DNA of 61,792 nucleotides, filler included, from Pirum gemmata (lineage: Eukaryota): the NCBI GenBank assembly GCA_002812295.1. It is 18 parts of 18 records of this genome, joined end to end, with 100 filler letters (N's around TTAATTAATTAA, not from the genome) between each part and the next. Parts side by side here need not be neighbours in the genome. Positions count along the whole stretch, not along the records: positions 1 to 3,816 come from PDIN01003987.1; positions 3,917 to 6,839 come from PDIN01003988.1; positions 6,940 to 12,547 come from PDIN01003989.1; 15 more parts are not named here. The stretch is one strand, 5' to 3'. The notes below the pieces were generated by a model that was not told the origin of the DNA, made no database searches, and saw nothing but the letters and a program-made list of their open reading frames with translations. Positions 1-11,903 of this stretch are shown here, piece after piece. Both the position numbers and the translations under genes were made by a program. The first letter of the stretch is position 1. The number at the start of each line of letters is the position of its first letter.

Positions 1-34
<34 letters not shown>

Positions 35-908
35 ATACACGCCCAATACTCCTCACCTTGCACCTTTCTATCTCCATCTTACTACATTCCTACCCCATAG
101 CAATTATCATTTTACAATGCAAGCCTACTTTTTCGCAAATCAGGTTATTCCATGTTGGGGTTTAGCTATTTTTTTTGTCTACACACACATACACACACAT
201 AAAATAATATATTATAATACCTTTGCCCCTATTCTCTTCTTACAACCAATTTCGGTTCGTGCTTTACGAACCCCATTTTCATTGCCAACTTTGAAAGGCT
301 ACCTGGCATTTTTCTCCATCTTTACTCTGCTCTCATAACATGAACATTTTAACCCATAAACAATTTTGTGACCACCTTATGGCATTACCAGCTTTGTATA
401 ACTCAAGCCTACCTTTACACATTGCAGGTTGTTCCGTCTTTAGGTCTAGCTATTTGCTTGCATGATATTATAGAAACGGGCGATCAAAACTTATACAGTA
501 GTCATGGGGCCTTTTTTTGCAAAGGTAAAATGTTTCTCAATACTGTTCAGACACTACAGTATTAAAAATCGCACTAAAAAGAGGATTTGTAGTAGTGTAG
601 CGGGAAAGGTGACAGGGATGGTGGAGTAGTAAAGTAGTAAGGGCGGTGATGGTGAAAGCGATGGTGAAAGTGATGGTGAAAGTGATGGAGTAATGGTGAA
701 GTGGTGGTGGTGGTGGTGAAAGGGATGGTGGTGGTGGTGGTGATGATGATGATGAAAGGGATAATAGTGGCAATGATGGTGATGGTGATCATGGTGGGGA
801 GTGACAAAAGCAGTGTGATGGTACCACGCCATCTTTAACAAGGGGNNNNNNNNNNNNNNNNNNNNTAATAATAATAATAATAATAATAATATTAACAAAA
901 TAAAATAC

Positions 909-2203
909 CAATTCTCATGCGAGTATTCACAAAAGCACACTTGACATTCTAGTTCCTTCACTAACCCATGAGATACCATTTGGAATTTGTTTTTCAACAT
1001 ACAGCATAAGTCATAAATAGAAGGATACTCATTACCCGTAGACCCTTTCAAATACCAAGCCAACTTTCGATTGTATATAAAATGATGTTTAACTCGGTGT
1101 TTTCTCTTTACCGAAACTACTAAAATATTGGTGTTTTTATGCACATATTTAACGTCATACTTGTTGATGTTTACAGTTTTGCTTTTGCTTCTATGTTTTT
1201 TCGCAAATCTCTTTCTAAAAGGAGTATCTTTTAAGACCCCACTACCGGATAATATGTCAGAATTCTTTGTATTTTCTTTTTCTTGTTCTTGTTCTCTTTC
1301 TTCTTTACAAAGGAACTCATTTACTTTTTCATTTTCGTTTTTCTCCTCTTTTTCTTCAATATTCTTTGAATTGTCGTTTTGTTTCGCTACTTCCTTTTCC
1401 GTTTCTGTAAGTTTCCCTTTAGGTACTTTAGTGACTTCCAATTTTTCTTCTTCTCCATCACTAGATTCTATCACTTCAAAGCTACTTATAACCCCAAGTG
1501 GTATTCTAGTGGCAGATGTGATAGCAGAAATTGAAGGCGGTGCTACCGATGAAGGTGCAGTGGACAGAACAGATGGTTCTATAGCAGAAGCAGAAGCAGA
1601 AGCAGAAGCAGAGGGAGAAGTCGGAGCAGATTTTGAAACACCTCTATTCTTTTTATGACGGTAGCATCCCATTTTTTCTATGGGAACTGTCCATCCAAAC
1701 TCAGGGTCAAAATAACCACAAAACAAAGCCTCGTCCATTTCATACTTTCCGTCAAAAGGGCGGATAAGAAATGTTCCCTTTGGCCAATTTTGTAACATTT
1801 CCTCCGCATCAGCTTTAGAAACATTATAGTACCAAACTTTTGGCACAAACATTAAAGGAGATAAACTTAGATCCGTTTTTATAATATCCTCATCATTCTC
1901 AGTAGTAGTACCTTCCCTATCATCTACAGCAGTATCCTTGTGATTCTCATGCTTATTGTCGATGCCATTCGTATTTGCATCGTCATGGTTGCTGTTACGA
2001 GTGGCATTAGAACTATATTCGGCTTCCTCAATATTGAACGTACCAACATTGTCTTCGAAAACTCTTTCAAAAATATCAGAATCAGAATAATGAATACCCT
2101 GCCTAGGTTTAGTTTTTACTGTTTGATTTCTTTTTATTCGATAATAATTATACAGCGCTATATATTCTCCTATGCCATCATTTATCCCGAACCATGCCGC
2201 CAT
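909..2203 (-). CDS. SH2-domain protein (SH2 split by long insert) followed by start of a RING-like finger; first exon, 3' exons unresolved
   Basis: WYYNVSKADAEEMLQNWPKGTFLIRP matches the SH2 N-half and ILVVSVK..VKHHFI....WYL.....YPSIYDL the C-half. Then ELECQVCFCEY. A GTATTT donor at 908-903 precedes an (ATT)n tract and N gap, so the ORF-track tail past 909 is probably intron. Confidence 0.7.
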
Positions 2204-2757
2204 GCTGCTAATTATTTTAACGCTGCAAGAAAAATTGTAATAATAATAATATGTACATATAAATATACTAATAATTATAATATTAATATTAATGATATTA
2301 TTCTAAACCGCTCGTTAATCTGCTAGTTTTTTTTTTCACAATTTTGTAGTTTCATACGAAAATTCTTAGATCTAAATAATAAAAAAAGACTTTGAGGAAA
2401 TTATTATTAGTGTACAATTAATTATAAAAATAACTTACCAAATAACAATAATATGCTTAATAATCAGAATAATATGGTAATAAAAAATAAAAAGAAAAGA
2501 AAAGAAGATCAAGTATTTTTAAAGTTATTTATAGATGTATATTTTAATTCTTTACATAATATATTAGACTATAGATAGATATATATCATGATACACACAA
2601 AGACCCCCACAATCCCTGTTCTTTGGTGATAGTAGACTCCATAATAATAATAATAATTATTTTAAATTAATTAAAAATTTTATATCATAATTTAAAAAAA
2701 AATAATAAATGGTCGACTAGACTAGAGTATAATTTTTTTTTTTTGAACAACTAAAAA

Positions 2758-2971
2758 GGATAAAACTGTGGAAATCTTTTTTTTTTTAGACTTCTTTTCT
2801 AAAATGTTAATGCTAACTAGCCAAATTATTTTTAAAAACTAGCAATTGGTTCATAATAGAGTTTTTTAGTTATACTATTTCTCACCATTTGGTAGTACTT
2901 TAATTAAAATTGGAGTATTTTAATATTTTTTTGATTTTGAGCTCATAAGGCGGATGTCGCCATTTTTATCC
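2758..2971. mobile_element. MITE family A (~215 bp, termini GGATAAAA...TTTTATCC)
   Basis: Short terminal inverted repeats. The same body recurs on other contigs at ~32145-32360, ~33722-33862 (partial) and ~56639-56820. Confidence 0.7.
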
Positions 2972-3085
2972 GGTTTGGTAGTTAAAAAAATAATAATAAT
3001 AAATAATACCTAATAATAATAATACTAAGTCTTGACAAATAGCAACAAGAAAAAAGCTGGAAAAGGATTGTTTTCTAACGGATAA

Positions 3086-3207
3086 AAAAATCGATCCCGA
3101 ACTGTTTGACTTGGGTTGTAGCTCGAAAGCTCGCTAAAGGAAATACAAAAATCGATACCGGACTGTTTGACTTGGGTTGTAGCTCGAAAGCTCGATAAAG
3201 GAAATAC
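3086..3207. repeat. 61-bp tandem duplication
   Basis: AAAAATCGAT..ACTGTTTGACTTGGGTTGTAGCTCGAAAGCTCG.TAAAGGAAATAC occurs twice with period 61. Confidence 0.85.
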
Positions 3208-3816
3208 ATTATGTAATCAACTTGGCCCTCTTCATTTATTTTAAATGAAATTTTTTATATGATAACAAATATAAAAAAAATCAAGAGGGTAAATAAAGTT
3301 GTTATGATGACGTCATTTTACAATCTTGAGATCGATTTTTTTTAGCTATTTCTTTGCGTTATTTGCGCTGAAAAGGCGATCTTGTTTTTAAAATGGCTTT
3401 CCGCATGGGTTGATGGGAAAAGAAGAAACCGCTTTTACGATGCCATGGGTTGATTAGAGAGGGGGAATGTGGTGTGTATGCGAAAAAACAGCCACATTCC
3501 CTGGCCTCAGAAACACTTTAGAAACATGGTCTTTTTTTTTTTTTTTGTACAAAAAGATTTTTATTATTTGGTATGCTATATCTTATAATTGGTGCTATTT
3601 TATGTGACATAAGATGAAATGTAAACCTAATTTTTATACCAAATTACGAAAAGTTGCATTTATTGGACCCATAAAAATATCAATTTGGTGTGTTTTATTT
3701 TTTCGTCTGGGAAAAAGGCACGAGATAAAAGCCCTTTTACATCTTTTACATAGACCCTAGCTAGTACATAGACCTCTATGTATGATAGCTTGCTTATTCT
3801 TATTATTATTATTATT

Positions 3817-3916
3817 NNNNNNNNNNNNNNNNNNNNNNNNNNNNNNNNNNNNNNNNNNNNTTAATTAATTAANNNNNNNNNNNNNNNNNNNNNNNNNNNN
3901 NNNNNNNNNNNNNNNN
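3817..3916. other. Artificial contig spacer N44-TTAATTAATTAA-N44 (six-frame stop linker); first of 17
   Basis: The same 100-nt construct recurs starting at ~6840, 12548, 15607, 18661, 21732, 24792, 27830, 30874, 34535, 37607, 40660, 43678, 48046, 51084, 54135 and 58768. Confidence 0.97.
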
Positions 3917-3949
3917 AATCATAATCATAATCATAATCATAATAATAAC

Positions 3950-3992
<43 letters not shown>

Positions 3993-4164
3993 GCAAAAAA
4001 TACAATAATTGTAATTGTAAGTATTATAATATATCATAATATTATAAAATCAAAATTTCCTTCTTTTTTTTTGATTTTAATTATAATTTTAAAATTAATA
4101 ATTGATAATTATAACTATTATATTATTCTTTTACATTATTTAGTCATTTACAAGGGAAGAAATA

Positions 4165-4225
4165 ATGAACAACATTGCTAACTTACGAGAGCAATTGGAT
4201 GAAGAAGAAGAAATATTATATATTG

Positions 4226-4277
<52 letters not shown>

Positions 4278-5952
4278 CAAAAGAAAAAAATGTTTAAAAC
4301 TTAGCATAGGCAAATTTTATAATCGTGATCGTTGTGAAAGAAAAGGTTGTATTTGGGATGAACACGAATCCCGCTGTTACCAACCTCCATTGCACGAAAA
4401 ATTTCAAAATGTTTTCGAAGATTTAAAACATTACAAACCTTTTGACGCCAATCTTGGCGCAGAATTAATACCTGAACCAATGAACATCGTAATTATGATA
4501 ACAGGAACAAATGGTGATGTAGCTCCTTTTATTAAATTAGCAAAACGTTTAAGTGAAGATGGACATCGAATAAGATTAGCCACTCACGCCTGTCATAGAG
4601 AATTAGTAGAAAGTAAAGGGGTAGAATTTTACCCTTTAGGTGGTGATCCTTATCATTTATCTGATTATTCTGTTAGAAGTAAAGGAAAACTGTTTCCTAT
4701 GCATTGTTTGTATAGTTGTTTAATTAAAGAGTTTGGAAAAAATAAAAGAATGTTGGGTGAAATTGCCTTTTCTACAATGGGCGCCGTACATTCGGATGAT
4801 GGGTTTGTGGCGAATGCAATTATATCTAATCCTTTTACATATGGACATGTTCATGTCGCTGAAAAGTTAAGGATACCATTACACATTATGTTCCCACCGC
4901 CTGTAACTGCGACCAAAGAATTTCCGCATTTTTTAAGCGGTTTAAGTTTAGAAAGACGTTGGAGTAAAATTAATTATTTGTCTTATAAAATTATTAACGA
5001 AGCTCTGTGGAGAGGAACTCAAAGTTTCGTAAATAGACTAAGATATGAGATGAATTTACCTCTTATTCCGGTATTCAGTAAATGTGGCCGAACAATGCTA
5101 AAACGCGTACCTCATGCACATTTATATAGTCCTTCGTTTGTTCCGAAATGTAAAGATTGGAATGCTTTACAAGATGTAGTAGGTAGTCTGGGTACCTTCC
5201 CAGATAACCAAGAGCCAACAACGGATTGGTTTACTGACGATATGCTTCCTTTAAAAAGGTTTCTAGCGAATAATAATAATGATTATGATGATAATAGTAA
5301 CAAACCAATTTTTATCGGTTTTGGAAGTATGGTCATTGAACCCACAAAGGCAACTCAACTAGCAGACTTAATTATAAAAGCAGCAGTGGACACTAACACG
5401 AGAGTAATACTCCAATCTGGTTGGTCTAAGCTTATTCCCACAAGCAACCTTTATCCTGAAAATGTGATTGGGATTGACGAATGTCCTCACGACAAATTGT
5501 TTCCGTATGTGTCTGGGGTTATACACCATGGTGGAGCTGGTACTACTGCTGCTGGATTAGCTGCTGCAAAACCAACCTTCATTGTACCCTTTTTTGCTGA
5601 TCAACCTTTTTGGGGAGAAATGGTATTTCGAGCAGGAGCAGGTCCAGCTGCGGTTCCTGTTGACCAATTAACTGTAAACGATTTAACATATGCGTTTGAA
5701 GTTTTACGATCCTCGTCAGCGAAAGCTGCTGCTGCGAGTATCAGTAACAATATGCTTGCTCGTAATGCCCGCGGTGAGAGAATTGAAAACGGAGTAGAAG
5801 TTGCTGTACAATCTTTTTATCACCATTTTTTCCAATCTCCCAAAATTGATCCAACTAATCCAAATATTATTGGTAATGTGCGTTATAATAACGTTAATCA
5901 ATGCAGTAATGAACCTCATTTTAGCCAAAATTATGTATATAGAACTTTTTAA
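4165..5952 (+). CDS. UDP-glucose:sterol 3-beta-glucosyltransferase-like (GT1; UGT80/Atg26 catalytic region)
   Basis: MNIVIMITGTNGDVAPF, GHRIRLATH, FYPLGGDP, AIISNP, HVAEKLRIPLH, PIFIGFGSM, CPHDKLFP, VIHHGGAGTTAAGL, IVPFFADQPFWG. Intronless 595 aa with an N-terminal poly-Q. Confidence 0.9.
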
Positions 5953-6093
5953 AATACTGTTAATATTATTAGTAATAATAATATAACCTTTATACATCAT
6001 AATAACATTAACCAATGAACTAATACTATCAATAACCAACGTAGTAATTAAGCTCATTTTAGCCATTAAAAATGTTGCAGAAATTTAAATGAT

Positions 6094-6147
<54 letters not shown>

Positions 6148-6252
6148 ACTAACCTTTATACATCATAATCATATTAACCAATGAACTAATACTATCATAA
6201 TAAAAATAACACTAGTAATACAACCTTTAAACATCATTTTAACTTTAACCAA

Positions 6253-6760
6253 TCAACTAATCGTATAATATATTTGGTCATAAACATTATTTGAATATAA
6301 ACCTAACCATTGGATCGAGGATTCATTTTTTTTTTTTCTGATAGTTACTAATATTTTTGTAGTAAGTTCGAAACTTATCGATTTTTTTTCGAACGAAAAA
6401 GCTTCGATTATATAATGCCTTATTAAAAGTTTTCTATATTTGGAATAAAATTCTTTTTTACATAATAAACAAGCCATAATAAACCGCTTACTAGGTGTCG
6501 ACGAGGCAAGGCAATACAACTTGTTAAAGCCATGCGAATTTGGAACACAATACTTAATTTAGAAATAACACACCCAATAAGGTTTAGATTATTACTTACC
6601 ACACCGTATTTGGAAATATTATTATTTTAAGAGACTACAAGTGTTACCAAAAACGGCTAAGGTTATCACTTTGCTATAAACATTATTTATATATAAATCT
6701 AACCATTGGATCAGTTTTCAACAGAGTTTCTAATTCTTTAAACGATATTCGTAAAGTACA
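6253..6760 (-). pseudogene. Possible degraded LRR-coding fragment
   Basis: Two related LRR-like motifs on the minus strand (IQWLDLYINNV near 6690-6712 and IQWLGLYSNNV near 6281-6316) with stops or frame breaks between them. Confidence 0.25.
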
Positions 6761-6939
6761 ACAAATTTCATCGCAGGAATTATTACCATTACACAATCTA
6801 AACAAAATAATAATAACAATAACAACAACAACAATAATANNNNNNNNNNNNNNNNNNNNNNNNNNNNNNNNNNNNNNNNNNNNTTAATTAATTAANNNNN
6901 NNNNNNNNNNNNNNNNNNNNNNNNNNNNNNNNNNNNNNN

Positions 6940-7220
6940 TGTATAATAATAATTGTATAATAATAATTGTATAATAATTGTATAATAATAATTATATAAT
7001 AATAATTATATAATAATAATAATAATAATTGTATAATAATAATTGTACAATAATAATTGTATGATAATAATTGTATGATAATAATTGTATAATAATAATT
7101 GTATGATAATAATTGTATGATAATAATAATTGTATAATAATAATTGTGTAATAATAATCGTGTAATAATAATTGTATAATAATATAATAATTGTATAGTG
7201 TTTAATTATAATTATTGTAT
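6940..7220. repeat. (AATTGTATAAT)n-type minisatellite
   Basis: Direct reading of tandem TTGTATAATAATAA units. Confidence 0.85.
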
Positions 7221-7375
7221 ATCATAATAATAATAATAATTGTATTTTTATATTATCATTATAATAATAAGTTTTTTTTGGGCTACTAAGGCCTGGTCAA
7301 CTCCAGCTCATTTGGGTGTCCTTCCAGTAACGGCCGGATAGTGACCGGATAGCTGACCGGATCTAGCTAGCACAC

Positions 7376-7600
7376 TGCTAGTCTCTATTCGTCAGAGTGC
7401 TATGTCAGCAATTGATGACGTTTTACTGTTTTACTTTGACAAACTTTTCGGGAAATGAGAATGAATGACACGATACTCTCATTGACGTAATTTCCTTTCA
7501 TTTGATATACTTTTCGTCTCAATTGCGTAATTAAAAGTGTTAATACGACCACGTTGAATTTGAGATCAATTGATGACCCTCTAACGAATAGACACTAGCA
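7376..7600. mobile_element. MITE-like element, ~225 bp
   Basis: TGCTAGTCTCTATTCGTCAGAG (7376-7397) and CTCTAACGAATAGACACTAGCA (7579-7600) form a 22-bp inverted repeat with 2 mismatches, extending inward via CAATTGATGAC motifs. Confidence 0.6.
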
Positions 7601-7982
7601 CCCCTTCTTTGGAATTTAATTGTACGAAGGTATATTGACGTCATTAAGTCTTTCATTCATTTCTCTCCTTTTTTTTTTTTGTTTTTGTTTTTGTTTGTTT
7701 GTTTTCATGTTTTCATTTCACACCCATTTTATGATTTTTTCTTTTGTTTTCAAATTTTTTTGTGTCAATGCCAATTAGTGTTATTGATGGTTTGTTGCTA
7801 GTATGATAAGGAGTTCCTTCTTTCAAATTTCTACTGGTGCTATTGTGGTGGCAGTCTCTATTAATTGTATTATTACTTCATTGTGGGTTGTTGCTTGTTG
7901 GAGGTTGTTGTGAATCATCTGAAGTGAGCGTTGTTCTATCGTTGGTAGGTTGGTTAGTTGTAGTAGGTCTTTTAAACAACAT

Positions 7983-8023
7983 CGCACCCTGAGGGATTTG
8001 AACCCTCGCGTGCATAGCACAAT
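7983..8023 (-). pseudogene. 3' half of a tRNA-Ser-like sequence (variable arm, T arm, acceptor 3' strand); 5' half absent
   Basis: Minus strand reads ATT GTGC-TAT-GCAC GC GAGGG-TTCAAAT-CCCTC AGGGTGC G: perfect variable-arm and T stems and discriminator G. It resembles the eukaryotic tRNA-Ser(GCT) 3' half. Confidence 0.7.
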
Positions 8024-8982
8024 ATTGTGAATACATGTATAATAATAATTGTATGTATAATGATAAATGCAAAATAATATTGTATTTACAATACTGACTA
8101 TATTGAAAATAATATTACGGAAGAAATGCTTTTTTACAAACTGCGTGAATTTTTAAGATTGACGATCAAGTATTTATAAAAAATGAAACGTATGATCAAG
8201 GTGATAATACTTCCTTCTTTAGAAAAAATTTCAAAGACGGTATACATGTATAATCACTGTATAATCATGAGACAGTCGTTATTTATAATAAAGACTTTTT
8301 TCGATGCAGGACCCGACCTAATGATGATTTGATTTCAAACTCAAAATAGACTACTATAGTCTAGCGTAGCTATGCAGGACTAATACTCTAGCTAGCTTTC
8401 TATGATGGTCTATTATCATAATATGAAAAGAAAAATTTAACATTACTTATTCATTAGTGCGAAGTTAATGTAATTATAACTATAACTAATCATTATAAGT
8501 AACGTATCGGATATTAAAAGTGAATCATACTGAGATGTGACAACATGCTTTACCTACTCTTGAATCTTGATCACTTTTGAACATGTAAGCATTACGTAAT
8601 ATGAGGTCATAGAACAATATGATGTAATGATGAAGCTTCGTGAAGAAAAAAAAAAGTATAATAGTAATCGTAATAGTAATCGTAATATAGTAATAGTAAT
8701 AGTAATAGTAATAGTAATAGTAATAGTAATAGTAATAGTAATAGTAATAGTAATAGTAATAGTAATAGTAATAGNACTTTTATTTACACATGTTTACAAC
8801 TTTAAAATAATCCAAACCCAAACAATTAATTAAAACCGCACCATCGTGTAAAATAACTACTGGAGTACCAAAAAATTGAAAAATTAAAAAGTGATAACAA
8901 AAAGAATGAAACAATTAAAGAAACATTAATTAAGAAAAAAAAAAAAAAACTGTTAAGTCTATTATATTGTTACAACAAAGTA

Positions 8983-11277
8983 TCAGAGAAGTTTGCCTCG
9001 AGTAGGTTGTAAAACCTTATAATTATAACATTTTACATAGTATTCAAAATCCTCCAGATCTAAAAGACCTACAACTATTCGTGTTACGTTTTCGCCCAAA
9101 GAGTATGGGCTATCTGTAGGAAACAATAAAGCAAACAAAACCTTCAAAAAGTTAAGCTTAAATAATTTAATTTTTTCATCAATCTGAAAGCGAATAGTAA
9201 CCAATTTTCTTTTAAATTCGCCTTTGTTAACTTCATTATGCAACCGATCGGTTATGGATACACTAACAAAGTCATCGGGGGTCAGAGATAAATAGGCTAA
9301 CAAGCGGGTATCAACTATGGATAAGGCTATCAGGTCTTTGAAATCCCACTTTGGTTTCATAAAAATGTTCCAAATACGTTTTCTGTTTTTTGCAAGGTAA
9401 AAAGCCGCGTCACAATAATCAAAACTATGATCCTCAATATTTCTATCATAACTTAGCTGTGTTAGCGTATCGTTTTCTTTAAGAGCCCAAGCCAAAGGAG
9501 ATACGTTTAAGTCCTGCATCAAGTCCGGATCAACACATAAGCAACCTAAACATTTATTCTTTTTTAGTGCTTGGGCTAATGCCAACCCACCTCGACTACC
9601 GATTATATTATTTCTTAAGTCTAACAATTTCAACACTTGGTTTACTTTCAAAGCATTAGCAATGGCAGTAACGCCATCATCACCAATATCATTGGAGTTA
9701 AGGCCTAGGGTAAATAATGATCTATTACCCATCAATCCTTCGGCAATCAAGACAGCACCTTCATCATTTAATGAACAATGAGCTAATATCAAAATAGTTA
9801 AAGTTTTATTTGTCAATAAACCTAATTTTAAGTTATGGGCCTCACTGAGTAACACACTATCCTGAACACAGAAATCATTTAGAGCAGTATTTTTTCCTAA
9901 AAAACTAATCATGTGACGTGCATTTTTACCAAAAATAGAAAATTTTTTCAACGTTTTGTTTTGAGCCAAGGTTTCATTAAGCTTGACTGTATAATCAACA
10001 GGAAATTCAGCAAGTGGTAAAGATAATGTAAGTAGTTTAGGGTTTTGTTTTAACGTAGCCATCAGCATATCCAAGCATTTAGTATCGATACTATCGTCTT
10101 TAATATCTAACTTAATTTTCACTAACGTTCTATTTTCTGTGATTAAAGCCTCAAAAATTCGCCACACTCCAGAAATAGCTGCAGTTGACTCATCCATACG
10201 AAAATCGTTACAGAACAATTTTAGTTTTTCCAATTTACAAGTATTTGTTTTTAAGGCTGAAGATATTAATGTCATTAGATCATGATCAAGCCCATTAGCA
10301 TCAATGGTAAGTGCTTTTAACGTATTTGGTGGTGTATTATTAATGTCGTTGCCAAAAAAACAGGTTCTGATCAAATTTTTTGCTAAAATACAATGTACAT
10401 TAGTGAGTATAAGTGTGGTTAAAAAATTACTTGCTCTATACGTTTCGGCAATATCAACTCCAAGAACAGCATCAGAGATTCGCGAAAATCGTAAAGTTTT
10501 TAAATTCTGATTGGTTTTCACGACATCTAAAAATTTCTGAAACTCCAATAAATTACAAGATTGAACTTTTAAGAACACATGTTCGAGTGTGGTATTTTTC
10601 TGTAACGCTATTCCTAAACATCGTAAGTCGGTAGTGTCGCAAATAGGAATATGAATTCCTTTTAACCCGGTATTCTCACGCAAGGCAAAGGCAATAACTC
10701 TCGAGCCACGAATACTAATCTCCCCACTGAGTCTCAAACTTTTTAAAGTAGTATTAACCATGAGCGCTCTGGATAGTTTAGCAGCACTGCTATCATCAAA
10801 TTCAGTTAAGTTCATGCCTAAAAACCTAAGCTTAGTGTTGGTAATCAACGACATAAAAATGTCGCGCATGCCAGTAGTATTTAAACCATGTTTGAAAGAC
10901 AGCTTGCGTAAATTACTGTTGGTTTTCAAAGCGTGTACGATTTTTCTAGTAATATTTAACCCAGGACGTTTCGTAGAAAATTCTATAGTGCTAGTCAGAA
11001 TGTTTACTTTTGGTTGGGAATAAACATCTTGTTCAAGATATTCATTAGTTTGGCGTAGCAGTCTTTGTAATTCTTGTATTTGTTCTATTAACACTTGTTG
11101 ACGGAATTCAAGCTGTTGTTGTTGCCGTTCTGCTTGACGTTGTTGTTCTTGGAATTCTACAAATTGTTGATTGCGTTCTGCCTCCCGTTGTTGTTGTTCT
11201 TGAAGTTGTTGATTTTGATGTATAATCCGTTGTTGCTGTAGACGTTCTTCAAGCAGTCTAAGTGATCGTCGTACCAT
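8983..11277 (-). CDS. Ribonuclease-inhibitor-type (NLRC3-like) LRR protein with Q-rich coiled-coil N-terminus
   Basis: 764-aa open frame with repeated ALxxNxTLxxLxL and LxxNxIGDxGxxAIAxAL units. Confidence 0.85.
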   Translation of the reverse strand: MVRRSLRLLEERLQQQRIIHQNQQLQEQQQREAERNQQFVEFQEQQRQAERQQQQLEFRQQVLIEQIQELQRLLRQTNEYLEQDVYSQPKVNILTSTIEFSTKRPGLNITRKIVHALKTNSNLRKLSFKHGLNTTGMRDIFMSLITNTKLRFLGMNLTEFDDSSAAKLSRALMVNTTLKSLRLSGEISIRGSRVIAFALRENTGLKGIHIPICDTTDLRCLGIALQKNTTLEHVFLKVQSCNLLEFQKFLDVVKTNQNLKTLRFSRISDAVLGVDIAETYRASNFLTTLILTNVHCILAKNLIRTCFFGNDINNTPPNTLKALTIDANGLDHDLMTLISSALKTNTCKLEKLKLFCNDFRMDESTAAISGVWRIFEALITENRTLVKIKLDIKDDSIDTKCLDMLMATLKQNPKLLTLSLPLAEFPVDYTVKLNETLAQNKTLKKFSIFGKNARHMISFLGKNTALNDFCVQDSVLLSEAHNLKLGLLTNKTLTILILAHCSLNDEGAVLIAEGLMGNRSLFTLGLNSNDIGDDGVTAIANALKVNQVLKLLDLRNNIIGSRGGLALAQALKKNKCLGCLCVDPDLMQDLNVSPLAWALKENDTLTQLSYDRNIEDHSFDYCDAAFYLAKNRKRIWNIFMKPKWDFKDLIALSIVDTRLLAYLSLTPDDFVSVSITDRLHNEVNKGEFKRKLVTIRFQIDEKIKLFKLNFLKVLFALLFPTDSPYSLGENVTRIVVGLLDLEDFEYYVKCYNYKVLQPTRGKLL

Positions 11278-11903
11278 ACGAGGTTGTTGTGGCTGTGGTG
11301 GTTGTGGTGATCGTGGTGGTGGTAGTTGTGGTTGTGGTGGTTGTGGTTGTGAGTGTGGTGGTTGTGGTGGTTGTGGTTGTGAGTGTGGTGGTTGTGGTGG
11401 TTGTGGTTGTGGTTGTGGTGGTTGTGGTTGTGGTGGTTGTGGTTGTGGTTGTGGTTGTGGTTGTGGTTGTGTACGTGTTTGTGTATTTATTTGTTTGTTT
11501 ATTGTGCAATTATTATTAGGTGGAAAGTTTGTTGGCCTATAACCTGAAGCCAGCTTTATTTACTGTCGGTGTTTCTTCTGAAATCCTGGGAAAAGAAATA
11601 AATTTCATACAAAAAAAAAGAGGTGACCAGGGTAGGTTGTTTTTTNNNNNNNNNNNNNNNNNNNNNNNNNNNNNNNNNNNNNNNNNNNNNGTTTGCTGTT
11701 GTTTGTTGTTGTTTGTTGTTGTTTGTTGTTGTTTGTTGTTGTTTGTTGTTGTTTGTTGTTGTTTGTTGTTGTTGTTGTTGTTGTTGTGTTGTTGTTGTTG
11801 CTGTTGTTGTTGTTGTTGTTGTTTATTGCAATTGTAATTTTTTGTTTTTGTTCTTTTTTTTCGCTTCTGACAGAGATGCTCATACAAAGTCATTGTCAAC
11901 CGA

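Noticed and set aside
554..908. His-rich C-terminal tail of the 549-aa ORF
   Set aside because: Runs through a splice donor, an (ATT)n tract, an N gap and (CAC/CAT)n microsatellite; most likely intronic.
1128..1658. Antisense ORFs overlapping real genes (e.g. 1128-1658, 10304-11023, 14826-15101, 46490-46831)
   Set aside because: Shadows of the coding strand with no independent evidence.
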